Positions 10,739-20,712 of a stretch of 64,000 nt of DNA are shown piece after piece (the first letter of the stretch is position 1; each line of letters starts with the position of its first letter). The notes beneath the pieces are model-generated. The model had not been told where the DNA came from, did no database searches, and worked only from the letters and a program-made list of their open reading frames with translations. The stretch is taken from the NCBI GenBank assembly GCA_031278395.1, contig JAITKM010000007.1:64981-128980 (forward strand), read 5' to 3'. Origin of the DNA: Deltaproteobacteria bacterium (GTDB taxonomy: Bacteria > Bdellovibrionota_C > UBA2361 > SZUA-149 > JAITKM01). The position numbers and the translations under genes were made by a program.

Positions 10739-11347
10739 TTGTATAACACAAAAAAACATAGCGTTATGGATCTTTATTTTACAAATTTCACAACCACCCA
10801 ACGCTCCAAACAAACAGTTGAGTCTCAGGAGTTTATTAAAAAAACTCTAGCCAAATATTATCACTGTCAACCTCAAGACCTTATTTTAAATAAAACCCCA
10901 AATGGTAAGCCTTTTGTGTTAGAACCTAATCCTCAACCTTGTCCGTGCTATTTTAATCTTTCGCACAGTGGTGATTATCTGGCTTTGGCGGTCAATCAAC
11001 AACCAATTGGGATTGATTTGGAATACATGAAAGACAGAAATTTTTTAGCTCTTGCTAAAAATTACTTTCACCTTAGTGAAATTGAAAGCTTACAACAAGT
11101 TAGCCTATTAAAGCGGACAAACCAAAATAACCAAGAGTTAAAAAAACTTTTTTATACTTACTGGACGCTTAAAGAAGCCTTTATTAAATGCCAAGGCTCA
11201 ACCCTTGCTGCGCTGTTAAGAGAATTAGAATTTTCCGTAACCAATGGAAATTTCGCACTATTATCTCCTAAAAATAAACAGAACTATATTTTTACTTCAG
11301 AAACTGTGTTTGAAAATTACATTTGTTCTACCTGTTCTCCACTGTAG
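10739..11347 (+). CDS. 4'-phosphopantetheinyl transferase (Sfp/EntD type)
   Basis: The two PPTase signature blocks are present: FNLSHSGDYLALAVxxxPIGIDLE and WTLKEAFIKCQG. Confidence 0.7.
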   Translation: MYNTKKHSVMDLYFTNFTTTQRSKQTVESQEFIKKTLAKYYHCQPQDLILNKTPNGKPFVLEPNPQPCPCYFNLSHSGDYLALAVNQQPIGIDLEYMKDRNFLALAKNYFHLSEIESLQQVSLLKRTNQNNQELKKLFYTYWTLKEAFIKCQGSTLAALLRELEFSVTNGNFALLSPKNKQNYIFTSETVFENYICSTCSPL

Positions 11348-11454
11348 AGCCTTTCTTTTATCCTAAGGTTAACCCTTCACTATAAAACCTACCTGAGCTT
11401 GGGTGGGAGGTGGAAAGTAACACCAACAATAAAATTTTTTATTTTAGACGGAAA

Positions 11455-12291
11455 TTACGAGTAATCTCCAAGACGATCACCTAACCTAACCTCTCCTGAC
11501 TGTAAATTATATTTAGGATAAAATTGTTTCTGCATCAGTAAAATTACTGTTGAACCTAAGTTAAAGGTTCCGAGTTTTTGTCCTTTTTTGAAAAGGAGTT
11601 GTTGATCGTAATGTTTTATAATTGGTTTTTTAAAATAGTTAAAAGCGCCAACATTAGATTTGACATCGTCGAATTCGACGGAGATTGAACCAACTCCCGT
11701 AGCTCCGACTTTAACGACAGCAATATATCCTGTTTCTTGCGACTTAAGAACAGAAATTACTCTTTCATTAACTACAAATAATTTTTTAATATTCTCAATT
11801 GACCAGGCGTCAACATTCCATAATTTCCCTGGAACGTGAATAGATTCTACAATTTCACCGTCTATTGGGGTATGTATGTGATGATAGTTATATGGCGCAA
11901 GATAAATTGTAATGAAAAAACCGTCTTTAAAATGTTTAGCTAACTCTGGGTCTATTAAAAGTTCGTCTAAGGTATAGTCTATGCCTTTAGCCTGAATGAG
12001 GGTTGTATTTTTAATTTGTCCGAATTGTGTAATCTTTCCGTCAACCGGACTAACTAACCCAGCGGAAATTTCTCTAGCTCCACAAGCTAAATTACGTGTA
12101 AAAAATTCGTTTAAGCAAGTATAATCGCTAGGCGGTTTTTCAATTTCTTCTAAATTAATCTTATAGCATTTGATAAAATAGTTGATAGCAAGCTGAATTA
12201 AAAAACGAGGAGATTCTAACTTAGCCAATTTGCCAATCAGCAAACTGAGGTAATTTTTAGGCAAGAATTTTAATAAAGAATGACGAATCAT
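11455..12291 (-). CDS. psd: phosphatidylserine decarboxylase proenzyme
   Basis: YLAPYNYHHIHTPIDG matches the PSD consensus. The C-terminal LGSTV is the self-cleavage G-S-T site. Confidence 0.85.
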   Translation of the reverse strand: MIRHSLLKFLPKNYLSLLIGKLAKLESPRFLIQLAINYFIKCYKINLEEIEKPPSDYTCLNEFFTRNLACGAREISAGLVSPVDGKITQFGQIKNTTLIQAKGIDYTLDELLIDPELAKHFKDGFFITIYLAPYNYHHIHTPIDGEIVESIHVPGKLWNVDAWSIENIKKLFVVNERVISVLKSQETGYIAVVKVGATGVGSISVEFDDVKSNVGAFNYFKKPIIKHYDQQLLFKKGQKLGTFNLGSTVILLMQKQFYPKYNLQSGEVRLGDRLGDYS

Positions 12292-12377
12292 AATAATTTA
12301 ATTTTTTGGCGTCTGCAAAACCCTCTAATTTTTGCAAAAAAAAACAAAAAATGCAAACTACAAGCTACATAAACTTA

Positions 12378-12405
12378 TTGACAGTAACTATTTAGTAGCT
12401 ATAAG
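12378..12405 (+). promoter_or_regulatory. candidate sigma70-type promoter (TTGACA - 16 nt - TATAAG)
   Basis: A perfect -35 hexamer and a good -10 hexamer with a 16-nt spacer, about 100 bp upstream of the ORF at 12502. Confidence 0.4.
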
Positions 12406-12472
12406 TTGCAACCCTTCGCCCCGTGTGTTTTTGCTGTGCAAGAAATGCGGGGGCGATGGGTTGATATGCAAC
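12405..12472 (+). other. GC-rich imperfect hairpin (about 15-bp stem, about 24-nt loop) in the 5' leader of the TIMP-like gene
   Basis: caacccttcgccccg ... cgggggcgatgggttg, bracketed by the gttgcaac/ttgcaac palindrome. Confidence 0.4.
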
Positions 12473-12501
12473 AACTAAATTTTTTATAAATAAATTGAAC
12501 T

Positions 12502-12918
12502 ATGAAATTTCTATTTTCTTTATTATTTTTATCACTGTTTTTACCATTTCAAACTTTAAGTGCGGCAGAGTGTAGCTGTCCACCAATGGAAAATACGGAA
12601 ACCTCGTTTAGAAATTCCGATTTAGTAATGATTGGCACAGTGAATGATGTAGTTGTTAATAGCACTTTTAAATCAGGGTATTCAGAAATTACTTTTGATA
12701 TTCGCAAATTATTAAAGGCTGACAATGAGCTACAGAGTAGTCAGGTTGTGGTTTATGTTCCGAATAATGAATGTAAACCAGATTTTCAACATGGGTTTGA
12801 TTATATTATCTACGCTAAAGGTAATATTTTATTTTACCAAACCAATATTTGCGCTAGAAACAAATTTTTTGATAATGCCTACGATGAGATTGAAAAATTA
12901 AAAAAGTTTGATAAGTAA
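12502..12918 (+). CDS. small secreted protein with a TIMP/NTR-like N-terminal domain
   Basis: A signal peptide is followed by AECSCPPMENTETSFRNSDLVMIGTV. This matches the TIMP N-terminus pattern C-S-C-x-P-x5-[AS]-F-x-N-[AS]-D-[LV]-V. Confidence 0.4.
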   Translation: MKFLFSLLFLSLFLPFQTLSAAECSCPPMENTETSFRNSDLVMIGTVNDVVVNSTFKSGYSEITFDIRKLLKADNELQSSQVVVYVPNNECKPDFQHGFDYIIYAKGNILFYQTNICARNKFFDNAYDEIEKLKKFDK

Positions 12919-13053
12919 TTTTTTGTAGTATAGGCAATTATGTATGACAACATTATTATTTATCTTATGAATTGTTAAGTATTGCGGTTAGGCAAAACCG
13001 AATTTTTGTCCACGCCTGCACTATCACATAATATATTAAAATTAATTAAATAT

Positions 13054-13668
13054 ATGTTTAAAAATAAATTTTCACCAGAAGATCAGGAAAACAAAAATAA
13101 CCAAGCGAATAATAATGAAGCCGATGAGCTAATAGATGAACTAACAGACACGAATGATACAGATGTTGACCCGAACGCAGATACCTCGACAAAGCCTAAG
13201 ACTGAAACTTCTATCTTCAAGGCTCAAGCGGCTGAAAACTACGACAAATATCTGCGCACTGTAGCTGAATTAGAAAACTACAAAAAACGAGCTATCAAAG
13301 AACGCGCAGAATTAATTAAATATTCCGGCGAAAACTTAGCCAGAGATATTTTGAATGTCATTGATGATTTAGAACGCGCCCTGAATAATACCGAGAGTGG
13401 AATTGACGAGAATTTTGTTACTGGTGTAAAAATGATTTACAACAATTTCATTAGCGTTTTGAAGCAATACCAAATTACCACTGAACAAACAGTCGGAGAA
13501 AAATTTGACCCACAAAAGCACGAAGCTATGTCAATGGTTCCAACTGACGAATATGAGCCGGGAGTAGTCATGGAGGAAATTAGAAAATTATATTTATTTA
13601 AAGATAAAGTTTTAAGAGTTGGACAAGTTGTCGTAGCTATGGAAAAATCTGTCTCTGATAAAGATTAA
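13054..13668 (+). CDS. grpE: nucleotide exchange factor GrpE
   Basis: The GrpE core YLRTVAELENYKKRAIKERAELIKYSGENLARDILNVIDDLERAL is present. The ORF opens at 12982; the ATG at 13054 is the more likely start. Confidence 0.85.
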   Translation: MFKNKFSPEDQENKNNQANNNEADELIDELTDTNDTDVDPNADTSTKPKTETSIFKAQAAENYDKYLRTVAELENYKKRAIKERAELIKYSGENLARDILNVIDDLERALNNTESGIDENFVTGVKMIYNNFISVLKQYQITTEQTVGEKFDPQKHEAMSMVPTDEYEPGVVMEEIRKLYLFKDKVLRVGQVVVAMEKSVSDKD

Positions 13669-13835
13669 TATATTGTAATTATTAAGTTTTTATTAATATA
13701 AAATAATGTAAAAATTTTGAGAAAACTCTTGCATTGTAAATTGTTCATGGTTATTGAGGGCGGCGTTTTTGGCTATTTTGTCAATATTTTAGTCAATTAT
13801 TAATTGTTTATAAAAAGCTTTAGGAGATAAAAAAA

Positions 13836-15767
13836 ATGGCAAAAGTTATAGGTATAGATTTAGGAACAACAAATTCTTGTGTAGCTGTCTTGGAAGGCGG
13901 TGAGGTAAAAATTATATCCAATAGTGAAGGAGCAAGAACAACTCCCTCAGTTGTTGCAGTCAATGATTCTGGTGAAAGACTAGTTGGTCAAATTGCTAAA
14001 CGTCAAGCAGTAACCAATACAACTAATACAATCTTCGCTGTTAAAAGATTAATCGGAAGAAAATATACCAGTCCTGAAATCGATAAAAGTAGAAGGGTTT
14101 TGCCTTATGAAATTACAACTACGAATAATGGCGATGCTGCTGTGAGATTGAAAGGTGAAATTAAAACACCGCAAGAAATCTCATCTTATATTCTAACTAA
14201 AATGAAACAAACAGCTGAGGATTATTTAGGCGAACCTGTTTCTAAGGCTGTAATTACAGTGCCGGCATACTTTGACGATGCACAACGTCAGGCAACTAAA
14301 GATGCTGGACGAATTGCTGGGCTGGAAGTTTTACGTATTATCAACGAACCAACCGCTGCAGCGCTGGCATATGGTGAAGATAAAAAAGGTGATAAAAAAA
14401 TTGCAGTTTTTGATTTAGGCGGCGGCACATTTGATATTTCGATTCTTGAATTAGGCGGCGGCGTATTTGAAGTAAAATCAACTAATGGCGATACTTTTTT
14501 GGGTGGTGAAGACTTTGATCTAAAAATTGTTGAATATTTAGCCAATGAATTCTTAAGAGATCAAGGAATAGATTTAAGAAAGGATTCTATTGCCCTACAA
14601 AGACTAAAAGAAGCGGCAGAAAAAGCTAAACATGAATTATCTTCCTCTTTAGAAACAGATGTTAATTTGCCGTTTATCACTGCTGATCAGCGCGGTCCTA
14701 AGCATTTAAATTTAAAATTAACTCGTGCTAAATTAGAGGCTATTTGTGGAGATTTAATTGCTAGACTTGAGACTCCTTGTCTAACAGCTTTAAGAGATGC
14801 AGGCTATAATCCACGTGATATTGACGAGATTATCTTGGTTGGTGGTATGACCAGAATGCCGATTGTCCAAACTAAAGTTAGGGAAATTTTCCAAAGAGAG
14901 CCGAATAAAAGCGTTAATCCTGATGAAGCTGTAGCTGCCGGCGCTGCTATTCAGGCTGGCGTTTTACAGGGTGAAGTCAAGGATGTGTTGTTATTAGATG
15001 TTACTCCACTGAGTTTGGGTATCGAAACTCAAGGTGGCATCTTTACTAAGTTAATTGAAAAGAACACCACAATTCCAACTAAGAAAAGTCAAATCTTCTC
15101 GACTGCTAGTGATAATCAACCAGCAGTTGGAATTCATGTTTTACAAGGTGAACGAGAGCTTGCTTCTTATAATAAAACTTTAGGTAAGTTTGAGTTAGTT
15201 GGTATTCTACCAGCTCCGCGTGGTATTCCGCAGATTGAAGTAACTTTTGATATTGATGCTAATGGCATAACTCATGTATCAGCCAAAGATTTAGGAACTG
15301 GTAAAGAACAATCTATTCAAATTACTTCAAGTTCTGGCTTGTCTGAGGAAGATATTAAGCAAATGGTTAAGGAAGCAGAAGAACATTTCGCTGAAGATAA
15401 GAAACGTCGTGAAACTGTTGAAGCTAAAAATCATTTGGATGGTGTCTTGTATCAGACAGAACGTTCATTTAAGGAATATGGTAACTCTTTACCAGAAGCA
15501 GATAGAATTGAACTAGAAAGAACAATCGAAGATGCTAAAAGACTACTTAATGAATCAGATGATAGTAGCGACCTACGCTCAGTTGCAGATCGTTTAACTA
15601 GTCAAGCCCACAAGCTAGCGGAGGTTATGTATAAGAATGCTAACAATAATAATCAAACTGGCGGCGATGATGATAATTTTGGTGGTGACAGTTCTGGCGC
15701 ATTTGGCGGTAACAACGCAAAAGATGATAGCGATGTAGTCGATGCTGATTTCGAAGAAGTTAAATAA
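13836..15767 (+). CDS. dnaK: molecular chaperone DnaK (Hsp70)
   Basis: Canonical Hsp70 motifs are present: [22 protein letters not shown] and the C-terminal [11 protein letters not shown]. An RBS AGGAGAT lies upstream. Confidence 0.97.
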   Translation: MAKVIGIDLGTTNSCVAVLEGGEVKIISNSEGARTTPSVVAVNDSGERLVGQIAKRQAVTNTTNTIFAVKRLIGRKYTSPEIDKSRRVLPYEITTTNNGDAAVRLKGEIKTPQEISSYILTKMKQTAEDYLGEPVSKAVITVPAYFDDAQRQATKDAGRIAGLEVLRIINEPTAAALAYGEDKKGDKKIAVFDLGGGTFDISILELGGGVFEVKSTNGDTFLGGEDFDLKIVEYLANEFLRDQGIDLRKDSIALQRLKEAAEKAKHELSSSLETDVNLPFITADQRGPKHLNLKLTRAKLEAICGDLIARLETPCLTALRDAGYNPRDIDEIILVGGMTRMPIVQTKVREIFQREPNKSVNPDEAVAAGAAIQAGVLQGEVKDVLLLDVTPLSLGIETQGGIFTKLIEKNTTIPTKKSQIFSTASDNQPAVGIHVLQGERELASYNKTLGKFELVGILPAPRGIPQIEVTFDIDANGITHVSAKDLGTGKEQSIQITSSSGLSEEDIKQMVKEAEEHFAEDKKRRETVEAKNHLDGVLYQTERSFKEYGNSLPEADRIELERTIEDAKRLLNESDDSSDLRSVADRLTSQAHKLAEVMYKNANNNNQTGGDDDNFGGDSSGAFGGNNAKDDSDVVDADFEEVK

Positions 15768-15783
15768 AAATCAACTATAAATA

Positions 15784-16911
15784 ATGGAAAAACGAGACTA
15801 CTATGAAGTGCTGGGGGTTGATCGAAGAGCTAATCTAGACACTATTAAGAATGCTTATAGAAAATTAGCTTTAAAATATCATCCGGATAAAAATCCAGGT
15901 AATAAAGCAGCCGAAGAAAAGTTTAAAGAAGCTAGCGAAGCCTATCAAGTTTTATCAACTGAAGAAACCCGTGCCCGTTATGACCGATTTGGACATGCTG
16001 GCTTAAATGGCATGGGTGGCAATAGTGGTAATTTTAGTTTTGACTTTGGCGATTTATTTGGCGATCTGTTTGGCTCTTTCTTTGGCGATCTTGGTGGACG
16101 ACCTAGAAATACCGCTGGAGTTGACTTGCAATGTAGGTTAAAAATTACGTTAGAAGAAGCAGCTTTTGGTTGTGAAAAAGAAATCTCTTATTCTAAGCCT
16201 TACCAATGTAGCGCTTGCGGTGGCAGTGGAGCAAAACAAGGAACTGAGCGAAAAACTTGCAGTAAGTGTCGTGGAGCAGGACAGGTTGCAATGCAACAAG
16301 GTTTTTTTACAGTAACTACAACTTGTGCGGCATGTTCTGGCAGAGGATTTGTGATTCCAACTCCATGCCCTGAATGTAATGCTAAAGGTCAAATAACAAA
16401 AAAAGTTAAATATAAACTCAAGGTTCCTGCTGGAATTGATCATCTGCAAAAGTTAAAAATTAGAGGTGAAGGCGGTGAAAGCCATGAAGGTGGCGCGCCA
16501 GGTAATCTTTACGTAGAAATTCAAATTGAAAAACATAAAACTTTTGCCAGAAAGGGCTGCGACATCTATAGTGTCACCCCGATTAATTATGCTAATGCTG
16601 TGTTAGGAGCTGAAATTCAGGTAGAAACTTTACATGGTAAGATCACGATTAAAATTCCACCTGGAACTCCATCAGACAAAGAATTTGTCTTGAAGTCTAA
16701 GGGAATTACAGATATTCATTCTAACCGCATTGGCGATCATCGCGTGAGGGTTGTGATCAATGTCCCTAAAGAAATTACAGAGGAACACAAAGAAGTTCTT
16801 AGTAAGCTTTTAACTATAGAAGGAACGATTAAACCTAATGAATCAAATAACAACGAATCTTACACATTTTTTGATAAAATTAAAGAACAAGTTAAAGAAC
16901 TATTCGATTAG
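15784..16911 (+). CDS. dnaJ: co-chaperone DnaJ
   Basis: J domain with the HPD motif (KYHPDKNP), a G/F-rich linker, and four CxxCxGxG zinc-finger repeats. Confidence 0.95.
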   Translation: MEKRDYYEVLGVDRRANLDTIKNAYRKLALKYHPDKNPGNKAAEEKFKEASEAYQVLSTEETRARYDRFGHAGLNGMGGNSGNFSFDFGDLFGDLFGSFFGDLGGRPRNTAGVDLQCRLKITLEEAAFGCEKEISYSKPYQCSACGGSGAKQGTERKTCSKCRGAGQVAMQQGFFTVTTTCAACSGRGFVIPTPCPECNAKGQITKKVKYKLKVPAGIDHLQKLKIRGEGGESHEGGAPGNLYVEIQIEKHKTFARKGCDIYSVTPINYANAVLGAEIQVETLHGKITIKIPPGTPSDKEFVLKSKGITDIHSNRIGDHRVRVVINVPKEITEEHKEVLSKLLTIEGTIKPNESNNNESYTFFDKIKEQVKELFD

Positions 16912-16918
16912 TCACCAT

Positions 16919-18793
16919 TTGGTATTACCAGTTTTTAGTATCTTAATACTAATCTTGCTTACTTCTTGTCCGTCGTATCAAAAACCAGCTCCGACTGTTC
17001 CAATCCCCAAACAAATTCAAAAAGAAATAACTTATTCTACTGTTACTCCACCTTGGAAGGTCTGGGAATATGAAGAAATTAAAGAGCAAGAGATAAATTA
17101 TATTGAAGCATTTGAACGTAAAGGACAATTAGAAGAAGCCTTTGAACGTTATCAACTACTAGAAAAAACAACCACTAACCAACTCACTAAAGATTTGGCT
17201 TTACTTTACAAACTAAACGTAGCTTTAAAGTTAGGTAAATCTGTCGAGGTTTTAAATGAACTAGTAGGATACGTTAAGGAGAAAAATATTGAGGAAACTA
17301 AGCTGCCCTCAAAGTTAATGTTGCTGGCGATTTATAGTTACTATCATCAGAACAAGTTAGACCAATGTTTTGCGTGGCTTAATCTCTTAGCCAAGAATAC
17401 AGAAGGAATAAATCAAAAAATGTTTTCTACGGCTCAAAAGACAGGACGAATGTTGGTTAGCACACTACCAACAGATAAATTTCAAGTTTATAAAAAACGT
17501 TGGGGTGAATTAAGTTTTTTAATACCATTCTTTAGAGAAGACGAGTATCGACGACTAAAAGATAATAAGCCTAAAGTGAACAAAATTAATTGGTTTAATT
17601 CAGCAGTCTATCAGCCGACAATTTCAGAAGAAGAGATTAAACCTGTAGAAAGTCTGCTTGAATATAAGGACAAAAAAATATCGTCATTACCTGATTTTAC
17701 AATTGCGGCAGTTTTGCCACTTACAGGAAGATATAAGGAACATGGCACGCGTGTCAGAAATGGAATTGATTTAGCGATGGAGCAGCATTTTGCTGGAACT
17801 GGACACATTCCGAGTGTGAATTATATAGATTCAGCTATTTACGATATGGAGTTAACGCGTGAGGTTAAAACTACCGACGAAGAAGGTAATGAAGTTGTGA
17901 TAATCGAGTCTATTCAAAGACCCGAATTAGAAATCCCGCTTGCAACTAAAATAATTTTAGGACCGATGGATGTTAAGGCTAATGAATTATTAGTTCAAGA
18001 ACCTCAGTTGCAAGACACGCCATTTATTAGTTTTACCAAAAAAGAAGGTATTGCAGAATTAGCGCCGGGCTGTTTTCGGCTTGGAGTCACGGCGAGTAAT
18101 CAAATCTCTGAATTAGTGGCATATGCAACTGTAGCGCTGGGTTATCAGAGTTTTAGTGTGTTTTATCCTGATAATGAAACAGGACGAGAGTTAGCGAATT
18201 TGTTTAATGCATATGTTACGGCAATGGATGGTGAGGTTGTCTCAAGCAATCCTTACAAGGTAAAAAATATTAGCAGTATGCGTTCGGCTTTTATTAAAGC
18301 TGATGGAAACCTAGGTGAGGCAGTATTTATTGCTGATGCTCCGGATGATACCAAATCGTTAATTAGTAATATCAAAAAACTTCAGCCAGAAATTGTATTT
18401 TTAGGCACTGCCTTATGGAATGATAAGGCAGTAATTTCGGCGTTAGGTTCGCAATTGGAAGGTTCGATTTTTGTTACTCCATTTTATTATTGGAGTGAGC
18501 AAGCGCGAGTTAAGGATTTTATTCAGGCGTATATTTGGAAGTATAGTAGTAAGCCTGATATTTTATCAGCCCAAGCTTACGATGCTACAAATTTAGTTCT
18601 TAATATTTTTGCCGATGATAGTTCTGCGTATCATAACTTTTTTGGCGCCTTAAAAAACGCTAAAACACTGCACGGCGTAACAGGCTTGCTGCAGATTTAT
18701 CCTAACAGGGAAATTAATCGTCGCATGACTGTTTTACAAGTTCAAGGTGGCGAAGCTCACGAAGTCATGACCAGTGGTAAGCGTCTTAGATAA
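16919..18793 (+). CDS. lipoprotein with TPR-like N-terminus and periplasmic-binding-protein type-1 C-terminal domain (LpoA/LppC-like)
   Basis: A TTG start gives MVLPVFSILILILLTSC (lipobox). The C-terminal segment FTIAAVLPLTGRYKEHGTRVRNGIDLAME resembles the LivJ/PBP1 fold used by PBP activator LpoA. The tracked ORF at 16838 overlaps dnaJ. Confidence 0.4.
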   Translation: MVLPVFSILILILLTSCPSYQKPAPTVPIPKQIQKEITYSTVTPPWKVWEYEEIKEQEINYIEAFERKGQLEEAFERYQLLEKTTTNQLTKDLALLYKLNVALKLGKSVEVLNELVGYVKEKNIEETKLPSKLMLLAIYSYYHQNKLDQCFAWLNLLAKNTEGINQKMFSTAQKTGRMLVSTLPTDKFQVYKKRWGELSFLIPFFREDEYRRLKDNKPKVNKINWFNSAVYQPTISEEEIKPVESLLEYKDKKISSLPDFTIAAVLPLTGRYKEHGTRVRNGIDLAMEQHFAGTGHIPSVNYIDSAIYDMELTREVKTTDEEGNEVVIIESIQRPELEIPLATKIILGPMDVKANELLVQEPQLQDTPFISFTKKEGIAELAPGCFRLGVTASNQISELVAYATVALGYQSFSVFYPDNETGRELANLFNAYVTAMDGEVVSSNPYKVKNISSMRSAFIKADGNLGEAVFIADAPDDTKSLISNIKKLQPEIVFLGTALWNDKAVISALGSQLEGSIFVTPFYYWSEQARVKDFIQAYIWKYSSKPDILSAQAYDATNLVLNIFADDSSAYHNFFGALKNAKTLHGVTGLLQIYPNREINRRMTVLQVQGGEAHEVMTSGKRLR

Positions 18794-18917
18794 TTAAGTA
18801 AGGGTAACTAAACACAACCTTTTTAGTTTTTCTAATATTCAAGACTTTTCTTTTTTTAACTCACTACTTCATATGTAACAACGCCTGATTTACCACTGAT
18901 AAAAGTTTCAAGCTTTT

Positions 18918-19706
18918 TTACATCTTACTAACAAAGTAAGTTTTTATCGCGCTAAAAGCAGTATCAACGTCATATACAACATCGCTACCTATAATTGGCA
19001 CAATATCTTGTCTAAATGATCCGTCCCGAATCTTATCTTCTAAATTAGTTAAATACTCCTTTGCAGAAGGAATTTTATTGTAGGCATACTCCATATACTT
19101 TTTATAGCAAATAATACAGCTATCTACGTCAAGTAACCCACTTTTTATCGCGCAATATAAATCAAATAAATCGCGCCCTTTTTTTCGTTGATACAGCGCA
19201 CGCAATTTCGTGCCAATCAGTTCATTAAAACAATATGTCTGAATTAAACAATTTCCACTATACCACTGATTCTTAATTTCAAACGGCGCTAACAGGGGTT
19301 CAAACATTGAAAAATGTTCCTGACAATTAATTTCTACTTTAAGTTTCATGACTGTTTCTGGCAAAAATGTAGTTGGAAATGTAAAAATCAAACTATTATT
19401 ATTTTCCTTTTGTTTTATCTTATGAATCTCAAGAAAAAATAATACTTCTTTTATTTTATCCAGTATTACACCAATTGGTCCGCTTGTGATTTGGACTAAA
19501 TCAATATCTTCAGAATACCTTTTTTGTGGAGAAAGAAACAATTTATGCAAAGCTGTGCCACCTCTAAAAGCTAGTTTCGTAGATAAAATTTTATCACTAA
19601 AAATAGCTTGCAAAGCACGACAAATTATTAAATCTTGTTCCACCTGATGCATATTTTTCCATGGCGCAAATTGCGTCCATTCAGTTATTGCAGCTCGTGG
19701 TATCAT
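18918..19706 (-). CDS. AbiEii/AbiGii-family nucleotidyltransferase toxin (DUF1814)
   Basis: The RGGTALHKLF...RYSEDIDL nucleotidyltransferase motif is present. It overlaps the upstream gene by 4 bp. Confidence 0.7.
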   Translation of the reverse strand: MIPRAAITEWTQFAPWKNMHQVEQDLIICRALQAIFSDKILSTKLAFRGGTALHKLFLSPQKRYSEDIDLVQITSGPIGVILDKIKEVLFFLEIHKIKQKENNNSLIFTFPTTFLPETVMKLKVEINCQEHFSMFEPLLAPFEIKNQWYSGNCLIQTYCFNELIGTKLRALYQRKKGRDLFDLYCAIKSGLLDVDSCIICYKKYMEYAYNKIPSAKEYLTNLEDKIRDGSFRQDIVPIIGSDVVYDVDTAFSAIKTYFVSKM

Positions 19707-20536
19707 ATATCTGCCTCTATTTTGTAGTTAATAATAATTTTCCATTTTGGATCTACAAAGTAAGTTTCTTTGCTGCTAACCTCCTGGCCCATTGCAACTA
19801 ATGGAATTTTTCTAAAAATTATTTTAGCCTGCTTGGATTTTTCTAATAAAACATTTGCTATGTTGTGCTCATTAAGAACGTTATCAAAAATGTATCCAAG
19901 ACGTTGAATAACAGCTACTGGAATATTATCAAAAAAATCTTTTTCTATCTTATTAAAGTCTATTTTTTCAGCTAGTTCATCTAAGACAGTTACAACGTGT
20001 AACAAACCTCCAGCTAGCTTATTGTAAAGTAATAAATCTACGGCTGTTAATTCTGGTGTGGAAACATTAATTGTTCCGCTATTCACAACTTTTTGATTTA
20101 CATATTTTTGAGGAATAATTTTTTTTTCGGCAAATTCAAGTTTTGAGCCATCTTTAACTTTAGCACGTAACTCTTTGTTGCAAACAACCATAAAAGTTTG
20201 TGGTTGTTGCTGGCTTGCACCGTATAAAGCGGCGGCGCTTAAGAGTGCAATATAATAATCAACACCAAGATACTTCATTAGCTGGTCAATGTATTCTGTG
20301 TGCGGAATGTTGCCTTCAATACCAAATTCATAAAGGACTATTGCATAAAATCCCTTCCAAACTGATTTAATTTTTCCAGATAATACAAGACGATGCAAAG
20401 TATTATGAAGATTTTGTCTTGGAGTATTTGGAAAAACCGCAAAGACCTCTTCTAGTGAAAATGTAGTTTTTCCCACTTTTGGCAATGCCTCAATCCAATA
20501 TCTAATTTTTCCAAATTGTTCTATTTTTTGCTGCAT
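19703..20536 (-). CDS. AbiEi-like antitoxin / transcriptional regulator
   Basis: Position and size immediately upstream of the DUF1814 gene. An N-terminal wHTH-like region is present. The start was moved to the internal ATG at 20536 (MQQKIEQFG...). Confidence 0.55.
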   Translation of the reverse strand: MQQKIEQFGKIRYWIEALPKVGKTTFSLEEVFAVFPNTPRQNLHNTLHRLVLSGKIKSVWKGFYAIVLYEFGIEGNIPHTEYIDQLMKYLGVDYYIALLSAAALYGASQQQPQTFMVVCNKELRAKVKDGSKLEFAEKKIIPQKYVNQKVVNSGTINVSTPELTAVDLLLYNKLAGGLLHVVTVLDELAEKIDFNKIEKDFFDNIPVAVIQRLGYIFDNVLNEHNIANVLLEKSKQAKIIFRKIPLVAMGQEVSSKETYFVDPKWKIIINYKIEADI

Positions 20537-20712
20537 AAAAAATGTTTTATAGATGATAATAATAAAAATATAGTTATTATTGCATCTGAAATACAGGATT
20601 AAACCCACTTTATTCATAATAAAAGTTGGTACAGGGTTACTTTCAGAAAGTCAAGAGTCCTCAGCACTATCTCTATAACCGTTTATTTTACTTAATTATG
20701 TAGTCTGAATTT

